From Squalus acanthias (taxonomy: Eukaryota): 64,000 nucleotides of DNA. Shown in pieces: positions 24,955 to 38,555 of the stretch (within the stretch, counting starts at the first letter, position 1; every line of letters begins with the position of its first letter). A program made the translations under genes and the position numbers. Location of the stretch: contig CM059432.1 in the NCBI GenBank assembly GCA_030390025.1, positions 29,204,001 to 29,268,000 of the forward strand. The letters are read 5' to 3'. The notes beneath the pieces were generated by a model. The model saw nothing but the letters and a program-made list of their open reading frames with translations, searched no databases and was not told where the DNA came from.

Positions 24955-25273
24955 AGTGGCAGAAGGGTCGATAACCAGAGGACACAGATTTAAGGTAATT
25001 GGCAAAAGAACCAGAGGCAACATGAGGAAAAACATTTAAGCAGCGAGTTGTTATGATCTGGAATGTACTGTGTGAAAGGGTGGTCGAAGCAGATTCAATA
25101 ATAGCTTTCAAAAGGGAATTGGATATATACTTGAAGAGGAAAAATTTGCAGGGCTATGGGGAAAGAGCAGGGAAGTGGGACTAATTGGATAGCTCTTTTA
25201 AAGAGACAGCACAGGCATTATGGGCCAAATGGCCTTCTTCTGTGCTGTATCATTCTATGATTCTATGATTCTA
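24955..25273 (+). mobile_element. CR1 3' fragment
   Basis: TRGHRFKVIGKRTRG; (ATTCTATG)n tail. Confidence 0.85.
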
Positions 25274-25402
25274 AAGGGCGGGGCTTGGTGTTATGGAAAT
25301 GTTGCTGACTGCCTCTGCCACCTCTTTCCAAATAACACAAGCTGTTGCATTGGCAGATCTTTTGCCTCCTGAACCAAGAATTCTAGTTACTTTAGCGCAG
25401 TG

Positions 25403-25990
25403 TAGACCTAGAGGTGACCTGATCGAGGTTTATAAAATAATGAAAGGGCTGGATTGGTAGATTATTAGTGTGCCTTTTGGTAGATTATTCCAGTTTGATG
25501 GATTGGGAAGGACCAGGGGTCATGTGTTTAAACTATGCAAGTGTATGAATAGACTGGATGTTAGATGATTCTTCTATTCCCAGAGAGTGGTGAGCCTCTG
25601 GAATGTGTTGCCGGCTGGTGTGGTGGGTGCCGACTCTCTTCATACCTTCAAGAGGGAGCTGGACCGATTGTTGACTGGGGCAGGGATCGCTTCATATAGA
25701 AAGTAAGTGGTTTTACAGATGACACATGGTCTATGTGATCTCCTGGACTAGTTTTAATCACCTGAGGGGGTTGGAGAGGAATTTTGCAGAGTATTTTTTC
25801 CCTTATTGGCCCTGGGTTTTTCTCAGGCTTTTTACCTCTCCCAGGAGATTACATGGTTGTGGCGTGGGGGTTGGGGGGGAGAGCGGGTGTTGTGGAAAGT
25901 ATCTAGCCATGATGCTTCATCCAGCATGAGTGTGGGGCAGGCTTGATGGACCAGCTAGTCTTTTCCTGCCTGCCAATTACGTCTGTTTTT
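25403..25990 (+). mobile_element. CR1-type 3' fragment with long 3' UTR
   Basis: RGDLIEVYKIMKG motif; homologous to 14660-15125. Confidence 0.7.
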
Positions 25991-28084
25991 CGTACCCCCT
26001 CTCTGCCTTTAACCAACCATTCCTCCATATCTCAGTCTGCAAAATTGAAGCTGTCTTCGTACTCCTTTGGCAGGTACCATCTACTTCGCTCCACCAGTTG
26101 CCTGGTCTCTTTAACCAGATGCAGTCTTGCAATCCTGCTCTGCACCTGCTCCTGTACACTTCCTCCTCCCTCTCAACGCCGCCCCCCCCCCCCCCCACCG
26201 CCTCCCCCCACTACACCCACCCACCTTCCCGGGCAATACTTCCCAATTTCTGGCAGGATTCACATCCCACCCAACATTATTTAAAGGAGCTGACCTTAGG
26301 ATTCCCGAGGCAGAAGGTCAGCGCCCTTCTGTGCGGGCAGCTGGGAGTTCAGCTTCACCACATTTCCGCTGGCTGAGCACGGCCAACTGAATTCCAGGCT
26401 CATCGAGCCTGGTGGTGCGGAATCACTCATTCTTAAAAGTACAAAGGTTTTCAATGAATTTGCATAATCATCAGAACACAAGCCCTGAGCTCATTCCCTA
26501 CCCTGGGCCAACTTTTGACTTCTTAGACGGTGGAAATCCTATTAACCTCATTGATAAAAATTACCCTCAAAATGACTGAAGATCGCATCAGATGCTGCTG
26601 TGGTGAGATTCATTCTCGCTGCACTGGGCAGCTGGGCAATCTTATCCAGATTGTACTCCAGTCGCCCGTGTAGTCTTGTTTCATTCATTTAAACATTTAA
26701 ACGTTTACAGCCCCAGGCAAATCCCCAATCATTTATCATTACAGGATCAACTGTAGTGATTTTTCTCTCTCTCTCAGTGCCTCGATGGCATGTTCAGTTA
26801 TTAACCTCGCTTAGCCTGGAGGCACACTCCTAACTGTTCCAGCCAAATACCATTTGTTCAACACTATTCCCAATCGTGCCTGGCTGATCTGATGGGTACT
26901 CCCAGGACTCGAGAGCAGTGGCAATTATTTTTTTTTTTTTTTTTCCCCCTCCAAATCACCATTAGTCAGCACTTCACTGGTCCAACCGTCCAAAGAGTCA
27001 TGGCTCTAGGCTTTAACACTTTCCTCCCCAATACTATCAAGAATGATAGAAATAGAGAGAAAAAAAGGAAAAGGAGAGAAAAAGAGAGAAAGAAAAAGGG
27101 ACAGAAAGAAAGATTTTTATAGTGCCATTACACACCTGCGCAGAAAACATCCTGACTGACAATTAACTGCCTTTCTTTCCCAAGCTGTTGGCTTACATAG
27201 GGATCTAAATTGAACATTGTTGTGTCCATTTCATTGGCCTAAACTGGGCACAACCATAATCAATTTAACATAGAAGTTCGTGCCACTGCTAACTTGATAG
27301 GGACCTGGTGGCTGACTCAAATGACTGTAGGCCTTATTTCAATATTGAAATTAAGCTCCTGCACTCATTTTAGACGGATTCATTTGCCCTAGTCGGAGCT
27401 TGTGGTCCTTAAAGGGACCGCTGGAGACCACTTAAAATAGGCCCAAAAATTATAACATTTTTAATATTTTGTGGAGTCGGAAGGAGCAGGATTGCTCCTC
27501 CTGGCTTCACAAAACAATTGTGGGCCGCTGCCGGCCTTCCCTCACCTCCTTCGGATCACTTCCCTCCCTCGGACTTACCTCTCGAGTGTTGTTGTGGCTG
27601 CACCATCCAGGTGAATGGTGTGTATTCAAACACTTGATAGGCTATGTAGGAGAAGCTTCACTCTACACTTAATCTGAGCAGTAGCTGACTTGGGAGTGTT
27701 AAATATGGACACTGGGAGCCTCAAATGGGAAGCTGCTCCATTCCCCAGGATGAGACTGATGTGAGGAGAGATTAATGAAGCTCAAGTTTTTTTTAATTAG
27801 AGAAAAAGTGAAGGGGAGATCTGACAGAGTTATCCAAAATTAGGAGATTATGATAAGGTAAATCTAGAAAAACTATTTCCATTTGTTGACAAGTTGGTAA
27901 CTAAGGGGCATTAAATTCAGATCAAAGGAATGAATGGTGAGGTGAGGCGAATTCTTTTGGGGCGAAGGTTGGAATGTCCATCCAGAAACAGTAGTGGGAG
28001 CAGAATCCATAATAGGAAGCAGATAAATATTTGAAAAATAAAAATGTTATAGGGTATAGGTAACAGCCATGGACTAGAGCTGGG

Positions 28085-28235
28085 TGTTGTCATGCGGAAC
28101 CTGATGTTGTGTTTCTGGATGATGTCGCCGAGGGGCATCATGCAGATGAGAAATATTAAGGGGCCAATGATAGATTCTTGGGGGACTCCAAAGGTAATGG
28201 TGCGGTAGCAAGAAGAGAAGCCATTGCAGCAGATT
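28085..28235 (-). mobile_element. L2 RT fragment
   Basis: ITFGVPQESIIGPLIFLICMMPLGDII, an L2-type RT motif. Confidence 0.7.
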
Positions 28236-28920
28236 CTCTCTTTCAGAGAGCCAGCACAGGCATGATGGTCTATGCTGTAAATTTCTATGGGGTTGAATGA
28301 CCTCAGCGGCTTCTCCCGATCGCGCGCGGTAAATTCATCGGAAGACTCGCAGAAACGCCGGTGAAAATGCGTAAATGGTTTTTGTGCAGTTTTTCTCTGG
28401 CGTTTCACCCGAATCTTCCGCCGGGGTTTTGGTCGACAATCAGAGGGACCCGCTGTGGCAATTCAACCCTTTAGCCCCGATTTTACCTGGGGTGAGGGGC
28501 TAGGGCGAGAATGGGGCTTGCAGGTCGACATGAAGCCCGGGTCGTTTTAACTCCAAGGCCCGACTCCCGCTCAAAGCTGGCATCAATGACATCAGGCCAG
28601 CGGGCGGGAGTCAGGTGAGTGCGGCAGGAGGCCCCGGTCAGGGGCCCACGAGACCATCCCCAACAATCAGGTAAGTGGTGGGGGATGGAAGGTCGCTGTT
28701 CAGGAGGGAAGATCAGGGCCCTAGGTTTCCTTGCAGGGTTCAACGGGACACCTTTGCTCCTTCTGGCCCACAGGAAATACTTAAAAAATAAATCTAACTT
28801 ACCTTTTTCGGCCATCTTCTGGGCCTGCAGCTCTTTTGCACCAAGTGAGGCTGGCACCGGGCATCGAGCATGGCTGTCAGCACTTAAAATATAGTTGTCA
28901 TCAGACCCTGACTCAGTGAG

Positions 28921-31255
28921 AACATAAGAACATAAGAAATAGGAGCAGGAGTAGGCAATTTGGCCCTTCGAGCCTGCTCCGCCATTCAATAAGATCATGG
29001 CTGATCTTTCACCTCATCTCCACTTTCTGGAACTATCCCCATATCCCTTGATTCCCTTAATATTCAAAAATCTATCGATCTCTGTCTTGAATATACTCAA
29101 CGACTGAGCCTCCACAGCCCTCTGGGGTAGAGAATTCCAAAGATTCACCACCCTCTGAGTGAAGAAATTTCTCCTCATCTCAGTCCTAAATGGCCAACCC
29201 CTTATTTTGAGACTGTGACCCCTGGTTCTAGACTCCCCAGCCAGGGGAAGCATTCTCCCTGCATCCACCCTGTGAAGTCCTGTAAGAATTTTGTATGTTT
29301 CAATGAGATCAATTCTTATTCTTCTAAACTCGTGAGAATTTTTTTTAATTTGTTTTTTATAGGATGTGGGCATCACTGGCAAGGCCAGCATTTATTGCCC
29401 ATCCCTAATTGCCCTTGAAAAGGTGGTGGTGAGCCACCTTCTTAAACCGCTGCAGTCCGTGTGGTGAAGGTACTCCCACAGTGCTGTTAGGTAGGGAGTT
29501 TGACCCAGCGACGATGAAGGATCGGCAATATACTGCTAAGTCAGGATGGTGTGTGACTTGGAGGGGTACTTGGAGGTGGTGGTGTTCCCATGCGCCTGCT
29601 GCCCTTGTCCTTCTAGGTGGACGAGGTCACGGGTTTGGGAGGTGATGCCGAAGAAGCCTTGGCGAGTTGCTGCAGTGCATCTTGTAGATGGTACACACTG
29701 CAGCCACGGTACGCCGGTGGTGGAGGGACTGAATGTTTAAGGTGGTAGATGGGGTGTCAATCAAATGGGCTGCTTTGTCCTGGATGGTGTCGAGCTTCTT
29801 GAGCGTTGTTGGAGCTGCACTCATCCAGGCAAGTGGAGAGTATTCCATCACACTCCTTACTTGTACCTTGTAGATGGTGAAAAGGTTTTGGGGAGTCAGG
29901 AGGTGAGACACTCGCTGCAGAATACCTAGCCTCTGACCTGCTCTTGTTGCCACAGTATTTATGTGGCTGGTCCAGTTAAGTTTCTGGTCAATGGTGACCC
30001 CCAGGATGTTGATGGTGGGGAATTCGGCGATGGTAATGCCGTTGAATGTCAAAGGGCGGTTGTTAGACTCTCGCTCGTTGAAGATAGTCATTGCCTGGCA
30101 CTTCTGTGGCGCGAATGTTACCTGCCACTTCTCAGCCCAAGCCTGAACGTCGTCCAGGTCTTGTTGCATGCGGGTATGGACTGCTTCTTTATCTGAGGAG
30201 TTGTGAATGGCGCTGAACACTGTGCAGTCATCAGCGAACAACCCCATTTCTGACCTTATGTTGGAGGGAAGGTCATTGATGAAGCAGCTGAAGATGGTTG
30301 GACCTAGGACACTGCCCTGAGGAACTCCTGCAGCGATGTCCTGGGGCTGTGATGATTGACCTTCAACCACCACAACAGAATATAGGCCTAGTCTACTCAA
30401 TCTCTCCTCATAGGACAATCCCCCCATCCCAGGAACCAGTCTGGTGAACCTTCGTTGCACTCCATCTATGGCAAGTATATCCTTCCTTAGGTAAGGAGAC
30501 TAAAACTGTACACAATACTCCAGGTATGGTCTCACCAGGGCCCTATATAATTGCAGTAAGATGTCTTTACTCTTATACTCAAATCCTCTTGTAATAAAGG
30601 CCAACATACCATTTGCTTTCCTAATTGCTTGCTGTACCTGCATGTTAACTTTCAGTGATTCATGTACAAGGACACCCAGGTCCCTCTGAACACCAACATT
30701 TCCGAATCTCTCACCATTTAGAAAATACTCTGCTTTTCTATTTTTCCTACGAAAGTGGGTAACTTCACATTTCTCCACATTATATTTCATTTGCCATGTT
30801 CTTGCCCACTCACTTAGCCGGACTATATCCCCTTGAAGCCTCTTTGCATCCTCCTCACAACTTACATTCCCACCCAGCTTTGTATCATCAGCAAACTTGG
30901 ATATATTACATTTGGTCCCCTCATCCAAATCATTGATGTAGATTGTGAATAGCTGAGGCCCAGGCACTGATCCTTGCAGCACCCCACTAGTTCCAGCCTG
31001 CCAACCCGAAAATGACCCATTTATTCCTACTCCCTGTTTTCTGTCCGTTAACCAATCCTCAATCCATGCTAGTATATTACCCCCAATCCCATGAGCCCTC
31101 ATTTTGTTTAATAACCTCTTGTGTGGCACCTTATCGAATGCCTTCTGAAAATCCAACTACGCCACATCCACTGGTTCCTCCTTATCTATTCTGCTAGTTA
31201 CAACCTCAAAAAACTCCAACAGATTTGTCAAACACGATTTCCCTTTCATAAATCC
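28921..31255 (-). mobile_element. CR1 family A, 5'-truncated, hosting a LINE-B insertion
   Basis: RT ORF 30500-31156; (AACATAAG)n tail at 28921. Confidence 0.95.
29340..30376 (-). mobile_element. LINE-B (second CR1/L2-group family), 5'-truncated
   Basis: [43 protein letters not shown] at 29335-29339 and 30377-30381. Confidence 0.9.
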
Positions 31256-31956
31256 GTGAGGCTGTTGCCTGTCTAGTACGTGGGTCTCGTTGGCTGGCCA
31301 GAATCCGTCTGTTAAAGTGTTCGGCTGCAAGGATCGGGAGAGTAGTTTGCTGAAAGCATTTTAACCCCTGCGGGCCCTGTTCATGTCAGTCGCTGGGAGG
31401 GGGTGGGATGGATGTGATTCGGATACTTTTTTTTGAATGGACCGTAAAATCGACCGGGATGTAAAACAGACATCCGATCCTTCACCCTTCACCCGCCGCC
31501 CCCCGCCCAGCGTTCCCTCTGGTTGGATTAGGTTAAAATCTGGGAGCTGGTCTCTGCAGCTGAGCAAACACAGCAGGAGTTGCAGTTACAAACTGAGCCA
31601 TTGTGGGGCGCTGCTTGTTATTTATGGCTCATTGGAGGGACGTGTCACATCGCCCTGATTACTCTGGTTACTCAGATCACACCACAAGCTCGGCTGTCTT
31701 TAAATATTAGATTATAAAAACGGGAATGCTGAGCTGGATAAAACACATCACCCTGCAAATATGATTTTTTGATAGTTACTCAATAGAGCTGTCAGGTTAA
31801 ATTAAAAAGAGCTGAACAAATTGCTCTGTATGGACTGATTTTGGCAAATCTTTTCCAATGCTCCTAATTACCATCTTTTGACCTTCTGATAAACCCTTCC
31901 CCCTCCCTGACTGCTTTCATATTAACCCTCACACACATAGAACATTTTCACACAAA

Positions 31957-32577
31957 GGGGTAAAAATTGGCAACAGTCCGTTTTCACGCACATAACCGAC
32001 TAGGAGGCCCCAAGACTCCCCCGAAAATGGGCCTCAGGCCTAATTTCAAATAATTTGGGCAAGCTGCTGGTGCCTGTTGTGTACTCCAGAGTCAGCGCGC
32101 CCATAGCTGCCATTCCAAATTCGGCTCGCCAACCTCACCGGCAACGGCCTTCGGGTAAGTACCTTGCCAAGGGGGAAAGGCAACGGGAAGGGGAGGCCGA
32201 ACGTGGGCTGGCAGCAGCCCTCAGGAGTTCTGTGAAGCCAGGAGGAGCACTCCTTTTTATAAAAAGCATAATGTGTTGGTGGCGGTTGCTACTTAGATTG
32301 CAGCTACCACTGAATAACCCTGAGTGGAGCAGGCCCGAAACTTTCTCCACTCATTCCTCACCAATTTAGTACAGAGGTCCTGAAATAGGCATTAGGCCCC
32401 TCATTAACATTTCTTTCAGGTGGGCGCCACGGGCACCTGGGCAGCCGCCTATGCCAATATGGCGGTGTCCGTACCCCTGGCGCAGATCAGGCGTGGACCG
32501 TTACTCCTTGAAATTGGTCCACACTGCGGCCATTTAACACATGTAAAATGAGCTCTAAGAGGTCTGATTTTTACGCC
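31957..32577. mobile_element. Older Harbinger-type MITE
   Basis: Imperfect TIR GGGGTAAAAATTGG / CTGATTTTTACGCC (11/14); flanks AAA/ATA. Confidence 0.6.
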
Positions 32578-33539
32578 ATAGTTTCTCCTAAGTGAGCTCA
32601 GTGTCATTGCAATGTTCCAAGATGGTCTTTGTTACTTAAAAAGTGGAAGGAAGGCCTCGGGGTATTTTTTTATACATATTAACCTAAGGTGAAGAGCCAA
32701 AGGTCTTAGTACAAGCCACAAAGGTTCAAAAGAGTAAGAGATAAGACAAGGTAAATTGGGAAGTAGTGGTTAAATGATGCCAAGCTTGGATTTAAAAAAA
32801 AACTGTGAATTTTAGCAGGAAGGGAGGACTAAGGGTGGCAGGGATTTCACGGTTTTGAGATCCTTGAAAAGAATGAGTTAGAGTAGGACACAATACAATA
32901 GCCTCGCTATTAACACCCCTCGACGGGTGGAAGAGGGTTAGGGGTGGGGCTAAAGAGTTAAATATGGGCATGCGACCCCAACACAGCACGCATGTGCCTG
33001 CCGCCTTTTTTACAGTGGTGGATATCAGGGCGTCCGAGTGTCCCGCCATAGAGACGCAGGACAGTTAATAAACATATTTAAACCAGGCTCCCACAATGAA
33101 ATTAGGAGCCCGATTTAAAATTGACTGTTGCTGCACAGATTTCCCAGAGTTCAGGAAATCCAGCAATGAAAGGTGAGCAATGAGCTGACGGCTCCACGAG
33201 GTAAATTAATTTTTTTCGATACTCCTTGTGGGACCAGGCCCCGGCCCCTCAAGTAAGCCTTCAGCCTCCCTCAGGCCCGATCGCCAGACTCCCAAGAATA
33301 TCAGCAAACTGTTAATGAGGTCCTGCCGTTAAGTTGGGCCTCACCCACACGCTTCCTGGCTCCCAGTAAATATTGGGACCAATGTGTCCAGCTGATCTGG
33401 AGCCATCCCAGCGTGACATTTCTCCTCTCCTCTATTCCTGAAGGATACTCCTTACTGGGACACAGTTCCATGGGCACCAGTTGCCTTGCAGTACGTCACA
33501 TTCCCATTATTTATCTGTGAGCCTTGTCTGCAAGCATGG

Positions 33540-33790
33540 ACAGGCTATTCCACCATGGGGGATCTCACAACTGGACCTGATCTTGCCCTCACCTGACGTC
33601 CTCACATCCGCAATGCTAGCAGGAGTTGCTGAATAGCAATCAGGGACACAAAACTTGGCTGATATTCCTCTCCCTAACCAGGGAGACTGAGGCCACTGGT
33701 TGTGTTCTGACCCGCTACCCTGATTGAGATCAGCCAACTCAGCAAACACCATGGATTGAACCTGAGACTTTCCTATTCTGTATCAGTTCA
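33540..33790 (-). mobile_element. Old SINE family; related fragments near 5480-5600, 6315-6415, 14335-14540, 35100-35215
   Basis: Shared motif GGTTCAATCC..GTGYTGAGTTRGCTGATCTC in several places. Confidence 0.5.
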
Positions 33791-34154
33791 AGATTCCCTT
33801 TAAAAATTAAACGGTTGCAAAGAATTATGTTTAACTTTCCTTCATCTGTTAATTTCTTTTGATTTACTTGACTACATTGGTACCCACTGAAGTATTTAAA
33901 TGAATACCTATAGATTTTCAGTCCAAAACACCAGGGTGGGGTCAGTCTTTGATAGTCTTTACATTTCAACCGCAAATCCTAATTCAGCTAAAGTTACCAT
34001 ATTCCCAGAAGGCTGCAGGAAACAAATCAATGACCTAAATCAAATGGTCAAACAGGAAAATTAAGTTTTCAATTGAAAGACTCGCTTTAATGGACCTAAA
34101 CTTAGCCAAAGCGGAAAACCATGACCTTGGCAGAATTAATGGAGTTACTTTCCT

Positions 34155-34420
34155 TTTATTTGTTTTCAGGTTGTGGGCAACACTGACAAGGTCACATTTA
34201 TTGTCCATCCCTAGTTGCTCTAAGAAGGTGACAGTGGGCCGCCTTCTTGAATTGTTACAGTCCTGTTGTGCTTGACAGTGGATATTTCTACAACTGAGGG
34301 CATTGAGTCAACTGATGGGATTAAGAGTCAATCGCATAATGTGGACCAAAGTCATGTGTAGGCCAAAATAGTAAGGGTAGCAGGTTCCCTTCCCTGAGGA
34401 CATCAGTGAACTAGTTGAGC
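34155..34420 (-). mobile_element. Degenerate copy of the LINE-B-related SINE
   Basis: CATTTATTGTCCATCCCTAGTTGC tail joined to TTAAGAGTCAA...GAGGACAT body, as at 24068-24438. Confidence 0.6.
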
Positions 34421-36109
34421 CTGGGTGCACTACACATACAGTGCAAGTCCCCGGCATTAACTACCCTCTACAGAGGAAGCCCACCTCTTGCAACTGGTAA
34501 ATCAAGTGGTGCTGTAGTGGGGCACTCGCTGCAAGACCAGAAGGGGGAGGGCCTCCTGACAATTAAATATTATTTGGCTCAAATAGCTTGAGGAGAGCCA
34601 ATATAGAGACAGTGACCACAAAGGAAAGGGAGGGGTGGCCAGGAGCAAGTCCTGTCCCTCATTTTCTGCCTTTGCCGATCTTCCCATTACTAGTCCAGCA
34701 TGTACCGCCAGTCCTCTCCTGATCCTACCTGGTGTTGGCAGTACTGTGACAGGAAAATTGGCTGGTTTCCGTAGCCCTGCTGCCTCACCATCATCTAAAC
34801 GTGACAGGTTGGTCAAGGGATGGAGGGGGACATGGGGCTGTGTGGGGAGGGTGTGCGGTTTCAGGGGCGAGGATCGGTAGTAGGGCTCCCGTCTGTAGGA
34901 TTCAAGTTACTGTTTATGAATGAAATCAATGCTAAGATGGGAAGTGAAGTCATTTTCTAATCATGGAGCTTCTCTGAATTATTGATCAGGAGAGAGGCTT
35001 TGAAACAAGATCCTGTTGCTGCGACTGTTCTTAATTCTTTCGCTGCCCTCTAATTTTTAAAGTAATTGTGGATTGTGGAAAAGGTCGCCATTTAAAATGA
35101 AGAGGTACTGAGTCATAGTGACCAGTAAGATCATAGGTTTGAATCCTGGTCTGTGCTGAGTCTCAGCTTGGGCAGCAGTAGTGCTACAATTGGACTCAGC
35201 ACCCCTGAGATTAGCTAACGCTTCAGAGGCCAGGGGATCATGCCTGAGACCTTCCTAATCTGTATGCTTTAGTTCCAAATTAAACAGTGCAATAGCTCAC
35301 AAAGCCATCAGTGGAATCTGCACTTGAGATACTTAAGACGCTATCCAGTCAGTGTCCAAAACCTCAGCATTTCTACATGTACAGAATTTCAAGCAAATAA
35401 ACATAAACTAAAATCAGTAAACCCTTGGCCAGGAAGAGCAAAAATCTGGCAGGGTTTCTGCTCACGCTTCCTATCTTGATATCCGCTGTTAGAAAATACA
35501 TATGGGTAAGTGTCAGGTGAGGACAGGATTGGGGTCGTCCTTGATGCCTCTCAAGGTTGCACGTGGGGATGTAAGGCTGGAGGAGATCACCAAGGTGAGG
35601 CCACAAAGAAATTTGAAGGTGAAGATGGAAATTTTGAAGTCAACTCATCTGGGCACGGGAAGGTAGTGAATCGTAGAAAGAATGGGAGTGATAAGGAGGG
35701 AAACATTGTATGGGTCTGGGCACGGGCTGTGGAGTTGTGAATGAATTATAACTTTTGGAGGGTTGATTTGGGAGGCGGGTTAGGATAATACTTGGGAAGT
35801 CAACTCAAATAATAGGATAATTTGTATCAAATAATTAAGCTGACGAAAAGGATTGATGTTGCAATTGGGGTTTTGCAGGTCGATGAAGAATATCAAAGTA
35901 TAGGAACAAATAGGAACCTTTAGAAGTGGGAGAAATCAATTTAGCCCAAAAAGCTCATCATTTCTTGATGGATCAACCCAATATCCGCCAACCTCTTCTC
36001 AATGGATCACCACCACCAATCCCTCCTGATGGATGAATCCCACCCTATCCCTCAATCCCTTTTCTCTCCACAAATGCATCTAATTGTCTCCTAAATCACC
36101 GCTCCAACA

Positions 36110-36297
36110 GGCTGTGGATCCTGGGTCAATTGAAGCTTTCAAGACTGAGATCGATAGATATTTGTTAGGTAAGGGTATCAAGAGATATGGAACAAAGGCG
36201 GGAAAATAGAGTTGAGGTACAGATCAGCTATGATCTTATTGAATGGCAGAACAGGCTCGAGGAGCTGGATGGGCAACTCCTGTTCCTAATGTTCCTA
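36110..36297 (+). mobile_element. CR1 3' end
   Basis: FKTEIDRYL..KGIKRYG motif and CR1 3' UTR. Confidence 0.75.
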
Positions 36298-36429
36298 CTT
36301 CAAGGGCCTTCCCTGGTAACTTATTATACAACTCTATTGCCTGTTAGGTGAAAACGTTTCCGCTGACTTCCATTCTTACTCCTAACTTTGTGACTTTTAA
36401 CTCCTCCCATTTCCACTGACCTCTCTGTC

Positions 36430-38555
36430 TTTGGGTTCCTACATTATTCTACTCAAGCTCGATGCAAATGTCAGGAAGAATATCTCATCTTTCTACGTGG
36501 CACTCTACAGGCCTCCAGACTGAACCAACTCTGTCCCCTATTTTCATGAAATAAAACCAGAAAGTGCTGGAAATACTCAGCAGGTCAGGCAGCATCTGTG
36601 GAGAGAGAAACAGAGTTAACGGGAGGAATTTCTCAGGGGGTCAGCGGGCGCGATCGGTGGCGGGTCGGGTGGGAAAAAGTTTTTTTTTTACTGCGGTTCG
36701 GGACACGCAGTGGCAGGGGAGGCAATTCAGGTCATTATGACCTTGTTAACAATCCATTAAGAAGTATTTTGAGCTCACCTTTACATTTTATGCCTACGGG
36801 GTCCACGCTGCTCGGGGATCACGTCAGGTAAGCAGGTCGGGAGTTGAATGGCCATGGAATCATCTCATTACTTGACAGCTGCAAATGTGCTATAAAAGCT
36901 CCCATCTCACAGCTGTTCACTTTCCAAGCTTAGAAGCTGTTGCTTACTGTATTTGGAAGACAAATTGAGCTTTATGGAGGTTGCAAATGTTTGGAGTAAA
37001 TGTTCTATCCAGTGTCACCTCATTGGAACAACCTCTCTCACCATTGACAGATCGCTTCTGTCATCTCAAGTTCACCTGCCATCTATTACATCAGCATGTG
37101 TACCCATGAAACTATCTCACCTTGGTCCTCAGAATCCCCCCACGACCAACCCCAACACCAGCAGCACCAGGCACACCAGCAGCACCAATAACAACACCAA
37201 TCTTCTCTGCAATCAACTGATACTGCATAAGACAGAGGGCATCAGCACCTGACTACATTGCTGCCCGGGATGCCAGGGATAGCCTCACCGTGGCCAGATT
37301 TACTTCACTTGACGCTGTACACCCTGGCTGCCACATGATGCGTCAGGTTGGAACCACCCCACACCAACACCATAAAGCATCCCTACAATGCCCAAGCCAT
37401 TCCTTTCACACGCATCATCATTGCGGGGGGTACTGTTATGTCTCACCATTCACCGCAACTCACTAAGCCACTTCCAAAGGTGCACACAAATCTACCTAAG
37501 AACACAAAGTGTTGAAAATAAAGATTTCAATGTTAACAGAAACTTCACATGAACATTGGCTAAAACACACAAGTGCCTACCCTTGTGTGTTGTTAGTTGG
37601 TATGATTGGACTAGGATGAGGGTGAGTGTGAGGGGTGGCTAGCGAGATGGGAAAGTGATAATGTAGATAGAGAGGGATGGGAGGAGGTGCAAGGTAAGTT
37701 GGTGTGAGTAGGGATGTGCAAGAATTGGGTAGGGAAGGCAGAGTGATGGGGATGTGATGAGTGGCACAGCAGGATGAGGTTGAGTGTGGCTTTGCAGTAA
37801 CATTTCATGATCTACTGAGATCATTGAAAGGATTGCGCCACTGCAGCCTGGTCCTCCTGACGACATCCCTGCTTGTGTCCTCCTGTGCAATGTGCAATCA
37901 GGCTGTGTTGATCTCATGGGGAGGTCTCTTCCGCCCATTGGAAGGGAAGAGAGCCTCCCTGCATGCTGTGACTCCCTCCATCAGCATATGGCGGGAGTCA
38001 TGGGAGAGCCTGGGTGCAGCCCTCTGCCTCTGTGCAGTCATTGTCTGTGATTGCAGCACCTCAATGCTGTAGAACACTGACAGCACAACTGTCAAAGTAT
38101 ATTTGCGCATGGTTCCTTTAAGGAAACCGGCTGATGCCGCGACATGAAATGACATCATCGGACCCGCTTCCTTCAATTGGCCAGCAAATGCGCTGGGCGG
38201 GCTTAACATGCCCAATCAGGGGAAAATCATTTTGGACAGCGGACTGGAGCCAGCAGCGGGGTCGGGACCCGCCACCGACGTCGCCCGCCATGGACCCACC
38301 AAGGTTGGTAAAATTCAGCCCAACGTTTCAGGTCGATGACCTTTCGTCAGGACTGGAAAAAGTTAGAGATGTAACAGATTTTAAACAAGTGCAGGGGCAG
38401 GGAAAGGCGGGAGGGGAGGAAAGAACAAAAGGGAAGGTCTGTGATCGGGTGGAAGGCGGAGTGATTAAATGACAAAAGGGATGATTGTACAAAGCAAAAG
38501 GAGATGGTAATGGGATAAGTAAAGAAACAAAAGATGGGTCTAGAAGAGATGTATT
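36430..38555. mobile_element. Penelope-like remnant (ORF end 36430-36545; pseudo-LTR 36548-36620 plus 38322-38555) split by a Harbinger
   Basis: Homologous to 55540-55670 and 54724-55015. Confidence 0.8.
36621..38321 (-). mobile_element. Non-autonomous Harbinger, internally deleted relative of 42442-45401; retains Myb exon 1
   Basis: TIR GGGAGGAATTT / AAATTCAGCCC, TSD AAC/AAC. Encodes MTAQRQRAAPRLSHDS...LFPSNGRKRPP. Confidence 0.85.

Larger units (their letters stand above)
28289..31540. mobile_element. GC-rich MITE-like element split by a CR1 insertion (own sequence 28289-28920 and 31256-31540)
   Basis: CpG-rich sequence on both sides of the CR1, with GTGAG duplicated at the CR1 junctions. 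Termini are degenerate. Confidence 0.5.

Noticed and set aside
26030..26155. Protein-like minus frame QEQVQSRIARLHLVKETRQLVERSRWYLPKEYEDSFNFAD*
   Set aside because: There is an upstream in-frame stop, no start codon and no polypyrimidine acceptor.
29627..30460. 277-aa chimeric RT ORF as a functional fusion gene
   Set aside because: It is a fortuitous in-frame junction of CR1-A and a 5'-truncated LINE-B at the TSD, and the RT is incomplete.
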